Part shown: positions 1 to 9,664 of the stretch, in pieces
Layout of the letters: the number at the start of each line of letters is the position of its first letter
Numbering within the stretch: the stretch's first letter is position 1
Assembly (NCBI GenBank): GCA_002311385.1
Contig: DCAE01000097.1
Span: 2,403-66,402, forward strand
Reading direction: 5' to 3'
From: Dehalococcoidia bacterium UBA1141
GTDB taxonomy: Bacteria; Chloroflexota; Dehalococcoidia; Lucifugimonadales; UBA3495
Length of the DNA: 64,000 nucleotides
Program-made: the position numbers and the translations under genes
The notes under the pieces: generated by a model
The model's input: the letters and a program-made list of their open reading frames with translations, nothing else
Told to the model about the DNA's origin: nothing
Database searches by the model: none

Positions 1-496
1 CCGCCTGGTTAAGCTCACCCTTTGCATACAGCTTCAGCGGGGGTATTATCAGTCCTTCTTGGTATATCTCTGTGTTGTCGCAAGCGTTCCCACCGGCGAC
101 CCGGCCGCCAATGTCGGTCTGGTGACCGATGCAGCAACTCCAACCCATCAGCGTGTCGTTGACGAATATGGGCTTGAAGAGAAAAATATCCGGCAGGTGG
201 CTGGCACCTTCGTAAGGGTCGTTATTGGCGAAAACATCCCCCGGTTCCACATCGTCGCCAAAGGCGGTCATCACGCCTTCCAAGGCCGGAGCCATGGAAC
301 CGAGGTGAGGTGGAAGGGTGAGACCTTGTGCCACCTGCTGACCGTCGGCGGTAAACAGGGCGGTGGAAAAGTCCATGCCGTGTTTGATGACTGCCGAGCG
401 GGCGGTGCGCACCACGGTTAAAGCCATGGTGTCGGCGGCGCTCATCAGGGCGTTCTTAACGATCTCACGCGTCACCGGGTCGGTGGTTTGAACCAT
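1..496 (-). CDS. Hydantoinase B/oxoprolinase family protein (HyuB-like), 3' end cut by the window edge
   Basis: Absent from the ORF track because it runs off the window. Reverse translation from the ATG at 496-494 gives MVQTTDPVTREIVKNALMSAADTMALTVVRTARSAVIKHGMDFSTALF...NDPYEGASHLPD, a typical HyuB N-terminus. A GAGGGGA SD lies upstream, and the gene sits directly downstream of the hyuA-like gene. Confidence 0.85.
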   Translation of the reverse strand, partial: MVQTTDPVTREIVKNALMSAADTMALTVVRTARSAVIKHGMDFSTALFTADGQQVAQGLTLPPHLGSMAPALEGVMTAFGDDVEPGDVFANNDPYEGASHLPDIFLFKPIFVNDTLMGWSCCIGHQTDIGGRVAGGNACDNTEIYQEGLIIPPLKLYAKGELNQA

Positions 497-559
497 ATCT
501 TCCCCTCTTTTCGCATTTTCCGGTTCGTCTATTAGCTAGATGCGCGATAATCCAACCGG

Positions 560-2662
560 TCAGCGTTCCACGATTATATTCTGCCATTGGTCCACTGATG
601 CCGTCCATCCCGGAGGCACCACCGTGGTCGAATCGTATTCTTCGATAATCAACGGCCCGATGGTTCTGGAGTTTCCGTTGCTTGCGCCGTTGGCCACACC
701 GGCGCGGTCCACAACCTTTGTGTCGATCCAACCGTGTCTGGTTCCGAAATAAACCGGGCGTTGGTCTTGTTGATTCCGGTTCGGCAGCGTTGGGATTTCA
801 AGACGGTCAGGCACACGGGATACCAGAGAATGGCCCCTGGAGATTACCCGTAAATTTACCAACTGATAAGGTGCTTCCGTTCGGTATCCAAAGCTCTTTT
901 CGTGCTCTTCCGCATACGCTTCGCCCAAAGCTGCGATTGATTCCCGGGTGACCTTCCCTGCGGGCATCGAAACGGTCAACTCGGATACCTGACCTTCGTA
1001 TTTCATGTCAACTTGAGTAACAACTTCTTGGTTGGATTCATCGAACCCTTCCAGGCTTAGCTGGTTCCGCCCTTGCTCCCACAGACCTTCCAAAACGGCG
1101 GCCAAATCGGAAACATCAAGCTCGTCGAAGGTCTTGAAGTATGTTTGCACGAAGTGGTGCTCCGCATCGGCAACCAATAATCCAAAAGAACTGAACACTC
1201 CAGGGAAAGGCGGCACGACTATGCGAGTAATATCCAGCATCTCAGCCAATCCGGAGGCGTGAACCGGGCCGCCGCCACCGAAGGAAAATAAAACGAACCG
1301 TCTGGGGTCGCGGCCCCGTTCGCTGGACACAGCCCGTAGGGCCCTAGCCATGTTGGAGTTGACCAGCATGTGAATCCCATGGGCAGCTTCGATATCGGAG
1401 ATGCCTAGCGGCGCGGCCACGTTACGGGACACCGCTTCCTGGGCCAGTTCGCTGTCTAAGGGAAAATCGCCGCCCAAAAGGTGCTTGGGGTTCAGATACC
1501 CCAGCATCACATCGGAATCGGTGACGGTGGCTTCACGGCCTCCCAGTTGATAACAAGCTGGACCAGGAACAGCGCCTGCGCTCTGTGGGCCGACACGGAT
1601 GGAGCCGCTACTGTCCACCGAGGCAATACTGCCGCCGCCAGCGCCAACTTCAGCCAAGTCAATTGAAGGCACTCGCAAGATGTGACCGGAGCCCCTGAGC
1701 AGACGATGACCCACGCTGATTCCCCCGCCGACTTCATACTCGGGAGCTTGGAGAATCTCACCGTTTTCAATGATAGATGCTTTGGCTGTGGTGCCACCCA
1801 TGTCCAGTGTCATCAGGTTTCCCATGCCCAACCGGTTTCCCAGGTGGTAGGAGCCGACGACTCCGGCAGCAGGGCCGGACTCAATGCAATAAACGGGCTT
1901 TGCCATGGCTATGGCAGAGGTCGCCAAGCCTCCGTTGGACTGCATCACCGACAACGGAACCCCGATTCCCATCTCCTTTAGCCCGTTGGTCAAAAATGTT
2001 AGATAACGCTCAACCACGGGACGGACGTAGCAATTGATGACGGTGGTGCTGGTTCTCTCGTACTCTTTCATTTCCGGCAGAAGCTCGCAAGATAAGGTCA
2101 AGATAATCTCGGGCAGCTTTTCCCTGATAATCTTTCCGATATATTGCTCGTGCTCCGGGTTTGCGTAGGAATGCAGCAAGCAGACGGCTACCGATTCCAC
2201 GCCTGAATTGGCGATTTTCTCGACGGCCAAGTCAACATCGCCGGTTACCAAAGGCCGCAATACCTCGCCCCGGAAGTTCAACCGCTCCCTCACCTCGAGC
2301 CTCAGTTGCCGTTTAACCAGCGTTGGGGGTTTCTGATAGTAGAGGTCATACAATGTTGGGACCCGGTTGCGGCGCAACTCGAGGATATCCCGGAAACCCT
2401 CCGTGGTGATTAAAGCGGTGGCTGCCCCTTTTTGCTCAATAATGGCGTTGGTTGCCACAGTGAACCCATGGCTAACTTCGGATACCGAGCTTGGCGATAT
2501 GCCCAACTCCTCGATTCCGGCTTTGATGCCGTCCAATACCGCCCGGCTATAGTCGTCGGGCGTGCTGGCGACTTTCTTCGCGAGAACGGTGCCATCGCTT
2601 CCCAAGAAAACCACGTCGGTAAAAGTCCCACCGATGTCCGCTCCGACTCTGTATTCAGTCAT
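560..2662 (-). CDS. Hydantoinase/oxoprolinase A family protein (HyuA-like)
   Basis: 700-aa ORF. The N-terminus MTEYRVGADIGGTFTDVV is the sugar-kinase-fold motif of the hydantoinase A family. It is followed by the B-subunit gene. Confidence 0.9.
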   Translation of the reverse strand: MTEYRVGADIGGTFTDVVFLGSDGTVLAKKVASTPDDYSRAVLDGIKAGIEELGISPSSVSEVSHGFTVATNAIIEQKGAATALITTEGFRDILELRRNRVPTLYDLYYQKPPTLVKRQLRLEVRERLNFRGEVLRPLVTGDVDLAVEKIANSGVESVAVCLLHSYANPEHEQYIGKIIREKLPEIILTLSCELLPEMKEYERTSTTVINCYVRPVVERYLTFLTNGLKEMGIGVPLSVMQSNGGLATSAIAMAKPVYCIESGPAAGVVGSYHLGNRLGMGNLMTLDMGGTTAKASIIENGEILQAPEYEVGGGISVGHRLLRGSGHILRVPSIDLAEVGAGGGSIASVDSSGSIRVGPQSAGAVPGPACYQLGGREATVTDSDVMLGYLNPKHLLGGDFPLDSELAQEAVSRNVAAPLGISDIEAAHGIHMLVNSNMARALRAVSSERGRDPRRFVLFSFGGGGPVHASGLAEMLDITRIVVPPFPGVFSSFGLLVADAEHHFVQTYFKTFDELDVSDLAAVLEGLWEQGRNQLSLEGFDESNQEVVTQVDMKYEGQVSELTVSMPAGKVTRESIAALGEAYAEEHEKSFGYRTEAPYQLVNLRVISRGHSLVSRVPDRLEIPTLPNRNQQDQRPVYFGTRHGWIDTKVVDRAGVANGASNGNSRTIGPLIIEEYDSTTVVPPGWTASVDQWQNIIVER

Positions 2663-2808
2663 TCCACTCTCGAAATCGAATTATTCACGCAGATTTATCC
2701 GGGCATTATTGACGAGCATCATTGAATAGTAACGGGAATTGGAGGGATTATACCCACGGCCCGTATCGCGGGCAAGTCTTATTGGGTCGAGGGCGCATTA
2801 GAATAAGC

Positions 2809-2840
2809 AAAAAACATGCCGGTCGCGATGACCGGCATGT
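2809..2840 (-). terminator. Rho-independent terminator downstream of the DUF3179 lipoprotein gene
   Basis: Perfect 11-bp stem (acatgccggtc 2814-2824 / gaccggcatgt 2830-2840) with a 5-nt loop, followed on the minus strand by a T6 run (plus-strand A run 2809-2814). Confidence 0.75.
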
Positions 2841-2903
2841 GTATCAATCGTTCCACTCTAATCGGATTAAGGTTTACCGAGGGTACCGAGAACCCAAGGA
2901 TTA

Positions 2904-5354
2904 TCAATTGCCGCGATAGATTTCGGTGTCGGGATTGAATGCTCCCCAAGCAAACCAGAAGTGATCGCCGTGGGGGATTGGCGTCAGCGCGGACCCAGCC
3001 ATCGGGCCAGCAACCGACTTACCCAATATGTTCCAGGTGGAGCCTGTCTCGTTGTCGATAAAGGCATCGCCTTCGGAGCGGAATGCCAGCTTTTCTCCGT
3101 CGATAATAGCCTCAAATACACCCGACGCCCCAATCTCGTCTGACTCGCCAATGAGGAGCCCGTCCAGAGCAGACTTGGTCCCAAGTTTGAAGAATACCAC
3201 AACATCCGTTCCGCCCACCGAGTAATTCACGACCCTCTCTTGGTTGAGGATGGTGAACGAAAATGCTGCGGAACTATCGCCTATGAGGAAGGCGGACACT
3301 CGTTCTTTGGGTTGTAGTCTGCCGTCCAAATCACGAACGCTGGTATCGAATAGGAAGGGGGGTTGGTCTACGCGGTCATACCCTATGTAAGGGTTTTGAC
3401 CGTAAGGGCGGTCGAATCCCGTTTCCCTTGACAGAACCAATCCATCCGGGCGCACTTCCGCAAAATCAGCGAAGGAGATTATCGAAGCGGGCAGAAACTT
3501 TAAACGGCTGCCAGCTTGTTCCCCCACGATACCTTCGCCAGTAAATTGCTGCCACCAAGTCTCGGTCTGCCTGTCCCACATAATCAGGTCGCTGTTGCGC
3601 AGATTTCCCGACACCCCGAAGTCATGCACAACCCCGTTTAATGTCCTTTCAAAAGCCAAAGCCGAGTTGCAGAGGGGGCAGAACGTTACCAACACCGGTT
3701 CACCCCCGAGGGTGTCGTTCACGATTTCATGCCAGGTCAATATCTGTAGTGGATATGCTTTGGCTTCGCCGTTAATCTCCAAGGAGATAATGGGTTCTAA
3801 ATCCTTTATCCAATCGCCAGCCAAAACCGTCGTGGTGAACTTGGGATCGTCAATAGCCGGGATATTGTCACGGCTGGGGGTTCCCGCTCTGATTTCAGCG
3901 CAAGGCACCGTATGCAGGCTGAAATCGGTTTTCCACACCCGAGGATCAAATTGGGCTCGAGCCAGAGCTTGCTGCCAATCCGGATCGGGTTCAACTACGA
4001 TTTTAACCTTACCGCTAGCTCCACTATCATCACGAGTGGAAGACCCTCCGCGGGTAGACGACCTGGGGCCCGGAGTGCCTTTGGCATACATGACATTACC
4101 TCTGACACCAGGGCTGCTCTTGGCGGCGACATCGGCAAATGTTAGGTGCAAGACACCGTCATTATCGATGCCCATGGACACTTCCTGACCCCACGGATCT
4201 CCCTCGGAAGTGAAAGCTGTATCTATCAGCCATTGACTCCCGTCCCAGACCGCCACTTTGACCACGTCTTCGTCGGAATATGACAGGATGGGGTTATCAT
4301 CGGCGTCCAGTACTACAGGGCTGGTCTTCCTGGCTCCGAGAAATCCCGTGAACACGTTTTCCAGCTTGTCCACCCGTTGGATGTTCCATTGTGAGCCGTC
4401 CCAACGGGCGAGCTTGATATACCCGCTGGTATTGGTTTCAGGCTCGTAATAGCTGATGACAGGGTTGTCCTGGCTATCAATGATCAAAGACGCGTAGCGG
4501 CCCACATCGCCTTCGCTGTCAACCGTGGATACCGTCCAACCTGTCCCGTCATTTATAGCGTACTTCAAATCTGCCTCGCCGCCATCGAACCAAACCACGT
4601 GGGGACGATCTTGTGAATCCACGGCAATGAAACTGCCGAATTCATAGACCACCGGCCCACTGCCCACCTCTTCAACGTTCCAGTTTTGACCATCGAAAGT
4701 AGCGTATTCCACTCCCGACGTGCCGCCAAACTGGGATGGGTCTATGGAAACTACGTGGGGACGACCGGTGGAATCAATGGCTAAATTATTATCCCATCCG
4801 TCGTGACCGGCGTTCTGTATGTTCTCCACCTGCCACCCTCCGTCCACCAACACGGCATAGGCAGCGTCTTCGTTATCGTGATCGTGATAAGAGATTTGCG
4901 GCACGCCATCACTGCCGACTTGGATATCCATTGGCCCATAGAAATAGCCGGTGGAGATTGTAGTGATGTCCCAGGCGTCGCCACTTGGAACGGCGTATTT
5001 CACGAAGCCCGGCATCGCTTCTAGGATATAGGCGATATGGGGCACCCCGTTGGCATCTACCGCCAAAGACGGTTTAGCTCCGTTGGTGTCCAGTGTCTCT
5101 AGCTGCCAGGTATAGCCGGTGACGGTGCCTGTGTCTGCGTCTGAAGGTTCACCTCCGGTCGACGCTTCGGGCGCTTCTTCCGTCGGCGTCGATTCGGAAG
5201 ATGTAATCGTCGTACCAGGGGTATCAGTTGTCGCCGGGACCGAAGAAGGGGTGGACACGGAAGTGGCGGTAGAACTGCCTCCGCATGCGGCGAACAGGAA
5301 TACGCCAGCAATCAGCGCAATTCCCAATATCCAAAAACGTTTTATATTTACCAA
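2904..5354 (-). CDS. Lipoprotein: repeat (beta-propeller-like) N-terminal region fused to a C-terminal DUF3179 domain
   Basis: Signal peptide plus lipobox (IAGVFLFAAC-GG), then a Thr/Ser/Pro linker. About seven ~45-aa repeats follow (NGVPHIAY, DGVPQISY, TGRPHVVS, QDRPHVVW, QDNPVISY, DDNPILSY, DGVLHLTF). The C-terminus DNIPAIDDPKF...LVTFCPLCNSALAFER resembles DUF3179. Confidence 0.75.
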   Translation of the reverse strand: MVNIKRFWILGIALIAGVFLFAACGGSSTATSVSTPSSVPATTDTPGTTITSSESTPTEEAPEASTGGEPSDADTGTVTGYTWQLETLDTNGAKPSLAVDANGVPHIAYILEAMPGFVKYAVPSGDAWDITTISTGYFYGPMDIQVGSDGVPQISYHDHDNEDAAYAVLVDGGWQVENIQNAGHDGWDNNLAIDSTGRPHVVSIDPSQFGGTSGVEYATFDGQNWNVEEVGSGPVVYEFGSFIAVDSQDRPHVVWFDGGEADLKYAINDGTGWTVSTVDSEGDVGRYASLIIDSQDNPVISYYEPETNTSGYIKLARWDGSQWNIQRVDKLENVFTGFLGARKTSPVVLDADDNPILSYSDEDVVKVAVWDGSQWLIDTAFTSEGDPWGQEVSMGIDNDGVLHLTFADVAAKSSPGVRGNVMYAKGTPGPRSSTRGGSSTRDDSGASGKVKIVVEPDPDWQQALARAQFDPRVWKTDFSLHTVPCAEIRAGTPSRDNIPAIDDPKFTTTVLAGDWIKDLEPIISLEINGEAKAYPLQILTWHEIVNDTLGGEPVLVTFCPLCNSALAFERTLNGVVHDFGVSGNLRNSDLIMWDRQTETWWQQFTGEGIVGEQAGSRLKFLPASIISFADFAEVRPDGLVLSRETGFDRPYGQNPYIGYDRVDQPPFLFDTSVRDLDGRLQPKERVSAFLIGDSSAAFSFTILNQERVVNYSVGGTDVVVFFKLGTKSALDGLLIGESDEIGASGVFEAIIDGEKLAFRSEGDAFIDNETGSTWNILGKSVAGPMAGSALTPIPHGDHFWFAWGAFNPDTEIYRGN

Positions 5355-5574
5355 GGTTCCTTCCAGGTTTTTTAACCGATGTACCCATCAATCAGCGGCT
5401 TATGCGCTACCCCCAGGAACGCAAAATGCACACTTTGGGCGATCAACCAATATCACCGGGCAATATCGGTACGGATAACCACCTTACAATCTAAGATGCA
5501 TCGGCAACTGAAAGGTTGCAAACCAGGGAATTGTTGCGAGTTAGGCAGCCTGGAAGTCGAGTCTGACGCTATAA

Positions 5575-6809
5575 CTACGGTGTTGGACGCTCGGCAAGCG
5601 TCAACTCAGTGGTGCCCTTCAGCCCTCTCGGGTAAAAAACAACGGCAATAGTCTCACCGGGAGGGTGCTGCACCAGGAACTTGGACATCTGGCCCGTATT
5701 GGAGATGGGCTCACCACCCAATTCGACTATAACGTCTTCCGGGAGCAGCCCAGCAACGTCCGCAGGCATCCCGGCGCCGATTCGAACAATGACTATTCCC
5801 TCCGACACAGGAACGCCTACTCGGCCGGCCAAGGCCGGTGACAGGTTTATCGGAGATATACCGAGGAATCCTCGGTCTACGTATCCTCGGGCCTTCAGTT
5901 GCTCAACAACAAACTGGGCGTCGCCAATATTGATGGCGAAACCAATGCCCTAGCTGCCTCTAATCACCGCCGTATTAATCCCAATCACCTCCCCCAGGTT
6001 GTTGGACAATGGCCTACCGCTATTACCCGGGTTGATCGATGCGTCGTTCTGAATCAAATCAACCATCGTCGTTTGAGCGTCCACGGCTATCGACCGGCCC
6101 AAGGCGCTTATCACGCCTTTGCTCACCTTAGGCCCGCCCGGCAATCCCAGGGCATGACCGATGGCTATCACCTCTTGGCCCACTTAGAGGTCTGCCGATT
6201 TCCCCAACACCGCCGGTTGCAACCCTTCGGCATCGATCTTAATCACAGCGGTGTCGGTTCCAGCGTCTCCGCCAATCAATTCGGCGGGGAAGGTCTTTCC
6301 GTTGTTAAGCGTGACAGTGATGACTTGAGCATCCCTGATAACGTGATTGTTGGTGAGGATGAAACCCTCTTTGTCCAAAACGACCCCAGTTCCCACGCCC
6401 ATGCTGGGCACCGCTTGGTTAATTGCGCCCATAGCCGCAACTTCGGTCACGATTTGCACCACTGAGGGTTTAAGTTTCTTAACAACTTCGATTGTTGGGA
6501 GGCCACTTGTGGCGAGGCCGCTGACTAAGGGGACGGTGACCGTCGAGATAGACGCTGGGGCGGAATTTTCTATCGGCTCATCGCTCTTTGGCGGCTCGGT
6601 GCTTTCCGGTTGGGCGTTGCTATCCTCTGTAGCGGGAGGTATTGCAGTTTCGGTGGGAGTCGTTTGAGGAGCCACTCGGGTGGAAGTGGCAGACACCGTT
6701 GTATTCGGGGAAATTTCCGTAGCAGGCGTAACACTTTTGCCGCCGCACGCCGAAACGACTAAGACCAGAGCAACGGCACCAAGGGCTGAAATACAGACCG
6801 TCCAAGCAT
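5575..6809 (-). pseudogene. HtrA/DegP-like serine protease (trypsin-like domain + PDZ) interrupted by in-frame TAA and TAG, with an out-of-frame start
   Basis: Track ORFs 6184..6696, 5950..6183 and 5575..5832 are all in one frame. Read-through gives ...LGKSADL*VGQEVIAIGHALGL...NPGNSGRPL...INTAVIRGS*GIGFAINIG...PDZ. A lipobox-type signal (AWTVCISALGAVALVLVVSACGG) is in frame upstream, but the only ATG (6809-6807) is out of frame. Confidence 0.7.
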
Positions 6810-6955
6810 GGCTATTGCCTCTTTCCCAGTCCCGAATTAGCTTTCATCAACAACGGGAGCGGAAAACCGAAACTATTTACAGATACTCATACATTCTAAA
6901 TGTTGGGAATCTGTGAATACTAATCGCCGGGGCCGGTGAAGTCAGTGAAGCCGGG

Positions 6956-6987
6956 AAAAAAAGAGGCTGACCTGACGGTCAACCTCT
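6956..6987 (-). terminator. Rho-independent terminator downstream of tRNA-Ala
   Basis: The minus strand reads AGAGGTTGACC-GTCA-GGTCAGCCTCT followed by TTTTTTT (10/11-bp stem). Confidence 0.6.
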
Positions 6988-7051
6988 AAATAATTCGTCT
7001 ATTGAATCCACGCATTTTTTAATTCTGATTGTTTTGACCAAGTTGCGGATT

Positions 7052-7127
7052 TGGTGGAGCTGGTGGGGGTCGAACCCACTACCTCTTCAATGCCATTGAA
7101 GCGCTCTCCCAGTTGAGCTACAGCCCC
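7052..7127 (-). tRNA. tRNA-Ala (anticodon GGC), CCA encoded
   Basis: Hand-folded cloverleaf: acceptor GGGGCTG/CAGCTCC with the G3:U70 Ala identity pair, D stem GCTC/GAGC, anticodon stem CTTCA/TGAAG with loop AT-GGC-AT, T stem GTGGG/CCCAC with loop TTCGACC, and a 3' ACCA. Confidence 0.95.
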
Positions 7128-7225
7128 ACATCCAGGCGAAAAGCCTAGCTACCAATATAGCAATTCATGCGTAGCCTGGCAACCGTCATCCGTGCCGATT
7201 GCCGGGCTAAAAGGTCAAATCCTAT

Positions 7226-8149
7226 TTATGAGTTGCGATGAAATTTCACCACCCGACGGGTCCGGCCCCAGTCTCCGGGCATGACCACGTAAAGGTCTTT
7301 GTGGGAGTCCACCCAGATTCCGTGACAGGAGCGGTGCAGTTCGCTGCCCCATTGAGCCAGGAGCTCGCCGTCCAAAGTAAGGATGCTGACGAGACCACCA
7401 TTGTGTTCGGGAATATAAACCACATCATCGTCGTCTACGCAGAAAAGCGCAGGGCCGATTAGCTTAGTAGGCCAGGTGTTCAGGTGTTCGCCGTCTTGAT
7501 TGAAAACCTGCACTCGGTCGTTCTCCCGGTCAGCCACCAAGACCCGGCCTTGGCGGTCAATCCAGACCCCGTGGGGCAGGTTGAATTCACCATCGCCGGT
7601 TCCCGGCTCACCCCAAGACATGATGTGCTGGCCTTGGGCGTTGAACTTGTGGACCCTGGCGTTGGCATAGCCATCGGCAATGAATATGTCTCCGGCGGGA
7701 TTAAATGCGATACCGGCAGGCATGTTGAATGGCGGGCCACCGTGGGTCACGCTCTGGAAGGCGGTGGAAGACAGGTCGTCAGCGGCTACACCGGTGTCAG
7801 AGCGGAAGCCCTTGGTCCCGATGGTCATCAGAGGAGTGCCGTCATTGGTGAATTTCATTACTTGATGGTTGTTTCGATCCACCAGCCAGACATTGTCCTC
7901 CGGGTCAAGCAAAATAGCGTGGGCAAAAGCAATCAGACCAGCGCCCCATGAAGATAGATAGTTGCCCTCCCGGTCAAACACCACGATGGGGTGCTCCGGG
8001 TCTCGATTGAAGCAGTAGATTCGGTCTTGAGAGTCTCCCGCCACCGCCGCCGCCGGCATTTCCCACCCATCGGGCAGGTTCACCCAGTTTTCATCCAGCG
8101 TATAGGTGTATTTTCCCGAGCCAACAGTGTTTGCCGTAGTCACTTTCAA
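7226..8149 (-). CDS. NHL-repeat six-bladed beta-propeller protein (peptidyl-alpha-hydroxyglycine lyase-like fold)
   Basis: 307-aa ORF with repeated blades (PAGIAFNPAGDIFIADGYANARVHKF, PHGVWIDRQGRVLVADRENDRVQVF). The start may instead be the GTG at 8143, which has better SD spacing. Confidence 0.65.
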   Translation of the reverse strand: MKVTTANTVGSGKYTYTLDENWVNLPDGWEMPAAAVAGDSQDRIYCFNRDPEHPIVVFDREGNYLSSWGAGLIAFAHAILLDPEDNVWLVDRNNHQVMKFTNDGTPLMTIGTKGFRSDTGVAADDLSSTAFQSVTHGGPPFNMPAGIAFNPAGDIFIADGYANARVHKFNAQGQHIMSWGEPGTGDGEFNLPHGVWIDRQGRVLVADRENDRVQVFNQDGEHLNTWPTKLIGPALFCVDDDDVVYIPEHNGGLVSILTLDGELLAQWGSELHRSCHGIWVDSHKDLYVVMPGDWGRTRRVVKFHRNS

Positions 8150-8213
8150 TGCTCCTTTTCGGTCAAATAGTCAGGAGAATGGTTGCTCGTCCAATTAACC
8201 GGAATTCTTGCGA

Positions 8214-9107
8214 TTAGTAAGGCTTGATTCCCGGAGTTTTCACCCTGACGCTATAAAGGGAATCTCCGGGGGTGGTAAATATCGTCCGGAAATCCTCCCC
8301 TCCGAAGGCCAAGTTGCGTGGAGCTGTACCATTGCCAATCACCCCTAGCTTGTTGCCCTGGGGGTCGAAAACCCACACACCGGCGGGGCCCGTGCAATAT
8401 ACCCGGCCTTCCACGTCCACCTTCAAGCCGTCGGGAAGACCCTCGTCGGCAGACGACATGTCGGCGAAAATCCGGTTGTTGACCAGGGACCCGTCGGGGG
8501 CGACATCAAAGGCGCGAATCTTCATGTGGGCACACATCTCGCCCCGTTCTCTCTCGCCAAAGCATTCCTCGCTGACCCGGGTGATGGACACGTACATCAC
8601 CGACTCATCGGGGGAAAACGCAAGGCCATTTGGGTACTCGCAACCGTCTGTAGCCAGATGGAGCTCTCCGTCCGGGGCAATACGGAACACCCCTGCGAAA
8701 CCGTACTGACGGTCATTCGCTGGGACACGCAACGAGGGGTCGGTGAAGTAGATGCTTCTGTCAGACCGGCACACTACGTCGTTGGGCCTGTTCAGAAGTT
8801 TACCCTGATACCGGTCGGCGATGGTTGTGATTGTGCCGTCGGAGTTGGACCTGGTGACAGACCGGTGTTCTCCCTCGCACATGATTAGGTTGCCATCACG
8901 GTCGAAGGTGCAACCGTTTCCCTCGCCTGTATCTTCTCTGAGAACCGATATGCCGGCATTTGGGTCCCATTTCAGCAATCGGCCACCAAGGTCCACTAGT
9001 GTCAGGTAGCCGCCGGGGTGCCACAAGGGGCCTTCGGTGGCGCCCAGTCCGCTGGCAAGTAATGTGTGTTCTGGCGATTCCAAGATACTGGAGAGGTCGT
9101 CTGGCAT
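8214..9107 (-). CDS. SMP-30/gluconolactonase/LRE-family hydrolase
   Basis: Motifs EGPLWHP, RPNDVV, YPNGLAFSPDE, PDGLKVD. The start was moved to the ATG at 9107, which follows a GGAGG SD. Confidence 0.8.
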   Translation of the reverse strand: MPDDLSSILESPEHTLLASGLGATEGPLWHPGGYLTLVDLGGRLLKWDPNAGISVLREDTGEGNGCTFDRDGNLIMCEGEHRSVTRSNSDGTITTIADRYQGKLLNRPNDVVCRSDRSIYFTDPSLRVPANDRQYGFAGVFRIAPDGELHLATDGCEYPNGLAFSPDESVMYVSITRVSEECFGERERGEMCAHMKIRAFDVAPDGSLVNNRIFADMSSADEGLPDGLKVDVEGRVYCTGPAGVWVFDPQGNKLGVIGNGTAPRNLAFGGEDFRTIFTTPGDSLYSVRVKTPGIKPY

Positions 9108-9389
9108 GAGAGTCCTCCGGTAAATTATGAGAGGGGTTTTGAAGACCAACCACAGCTAATCAGGCACGACGGCTGGCGGGATTATAGCAGGATGGGTAAC
9201 CAGTGTATATTGCGCAGACCATCGGACAACAATTGTTTAAGTGACAATTGACCGCTTCGATTTAGTCCACTAGAATTCGGCAATTACTCGGGCATCGCTG
9301 GATTAAGGGGCGCTGTTTCGGTTTTTTGTTCAACTAGGTCTACGGTTAGCTCAGCAGGCAACAGAAAAATAACTAAAAGGTGGCCCATC

Positions 9390-9578
9390 ATGTCTGGTAT
9401 AGGCTCCGGATTCTCTCAACAGGAAATCCTCGTCCAGTTGACCAGTGAGGCGCAAAGACGCTGGGGTAATGACCGGGCGGAACAAATCAAGACATATCTG
9501 GAGAACACGGCCAAACAAATCTTCGAAACCGAAAACTCGCTTCCAGTACCCGAGATTGAACCGGGGTATTTCCAATAG
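9390..9578 (+). CDS. Small (62-aa) AtzG/GatC-like protein, possible amidase partner
   Basis: AAGGTGG SD 6 nt upstream. It lies 86 nt upstream of an amidase on the same strand. The helical sequence ends ...LPVPEIEPGYFQ, like the small DUF4089/AtzG-type partners of amidases. The opposite-strand ORF 9351..9641 is judged a shadow. Confidence 0.45.
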   Translation: MSGIGSGFSQQEILVQLTSEAQRRWGNDRAEQIKTYLENTAKQIFETENSLPVPEIEPGYFQ

Positions 9579-9664
9579 CCTTTTATATGCAACATGTTGA
9601 CGATGAGCCTGATTCACCATATTTGCGTCCGTATTCACCATATTTTGGTTAGAAAGGAGAGAAC

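Noticed and set aside
59-421. 120-aa plus-strand ORF at the left edge
   Set aside because: It lies entirely antisense to a clear HyuB-like reading frame (minus strand, 496 to the window edge). It has no motif of its own and is a shadow ORF.
5950-6186. In-frame TAG and TAA in the HtrA-like gene as stop-codon recoding (pyrrolysine or an alternative genetic code)
   Set aside because: TAA and TAG clearly terminate many well-supported genes in this window, for example rpoD (TAA) and the amidase at 11023 (TAG). No pyl genes are present, and the same gene also lacks an in-frame start. Pseudogenisation or a consensus error is far more likely.
6810-7225. tRNA-Ala flank as an integration site of a genomic island or prophage
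   Set aside because: There is no integrase, no direct repeat of the tRNA 3' end and no phage-like genes on either side. The neighbouring genes are ordinary hydrolases and a decayed protease.
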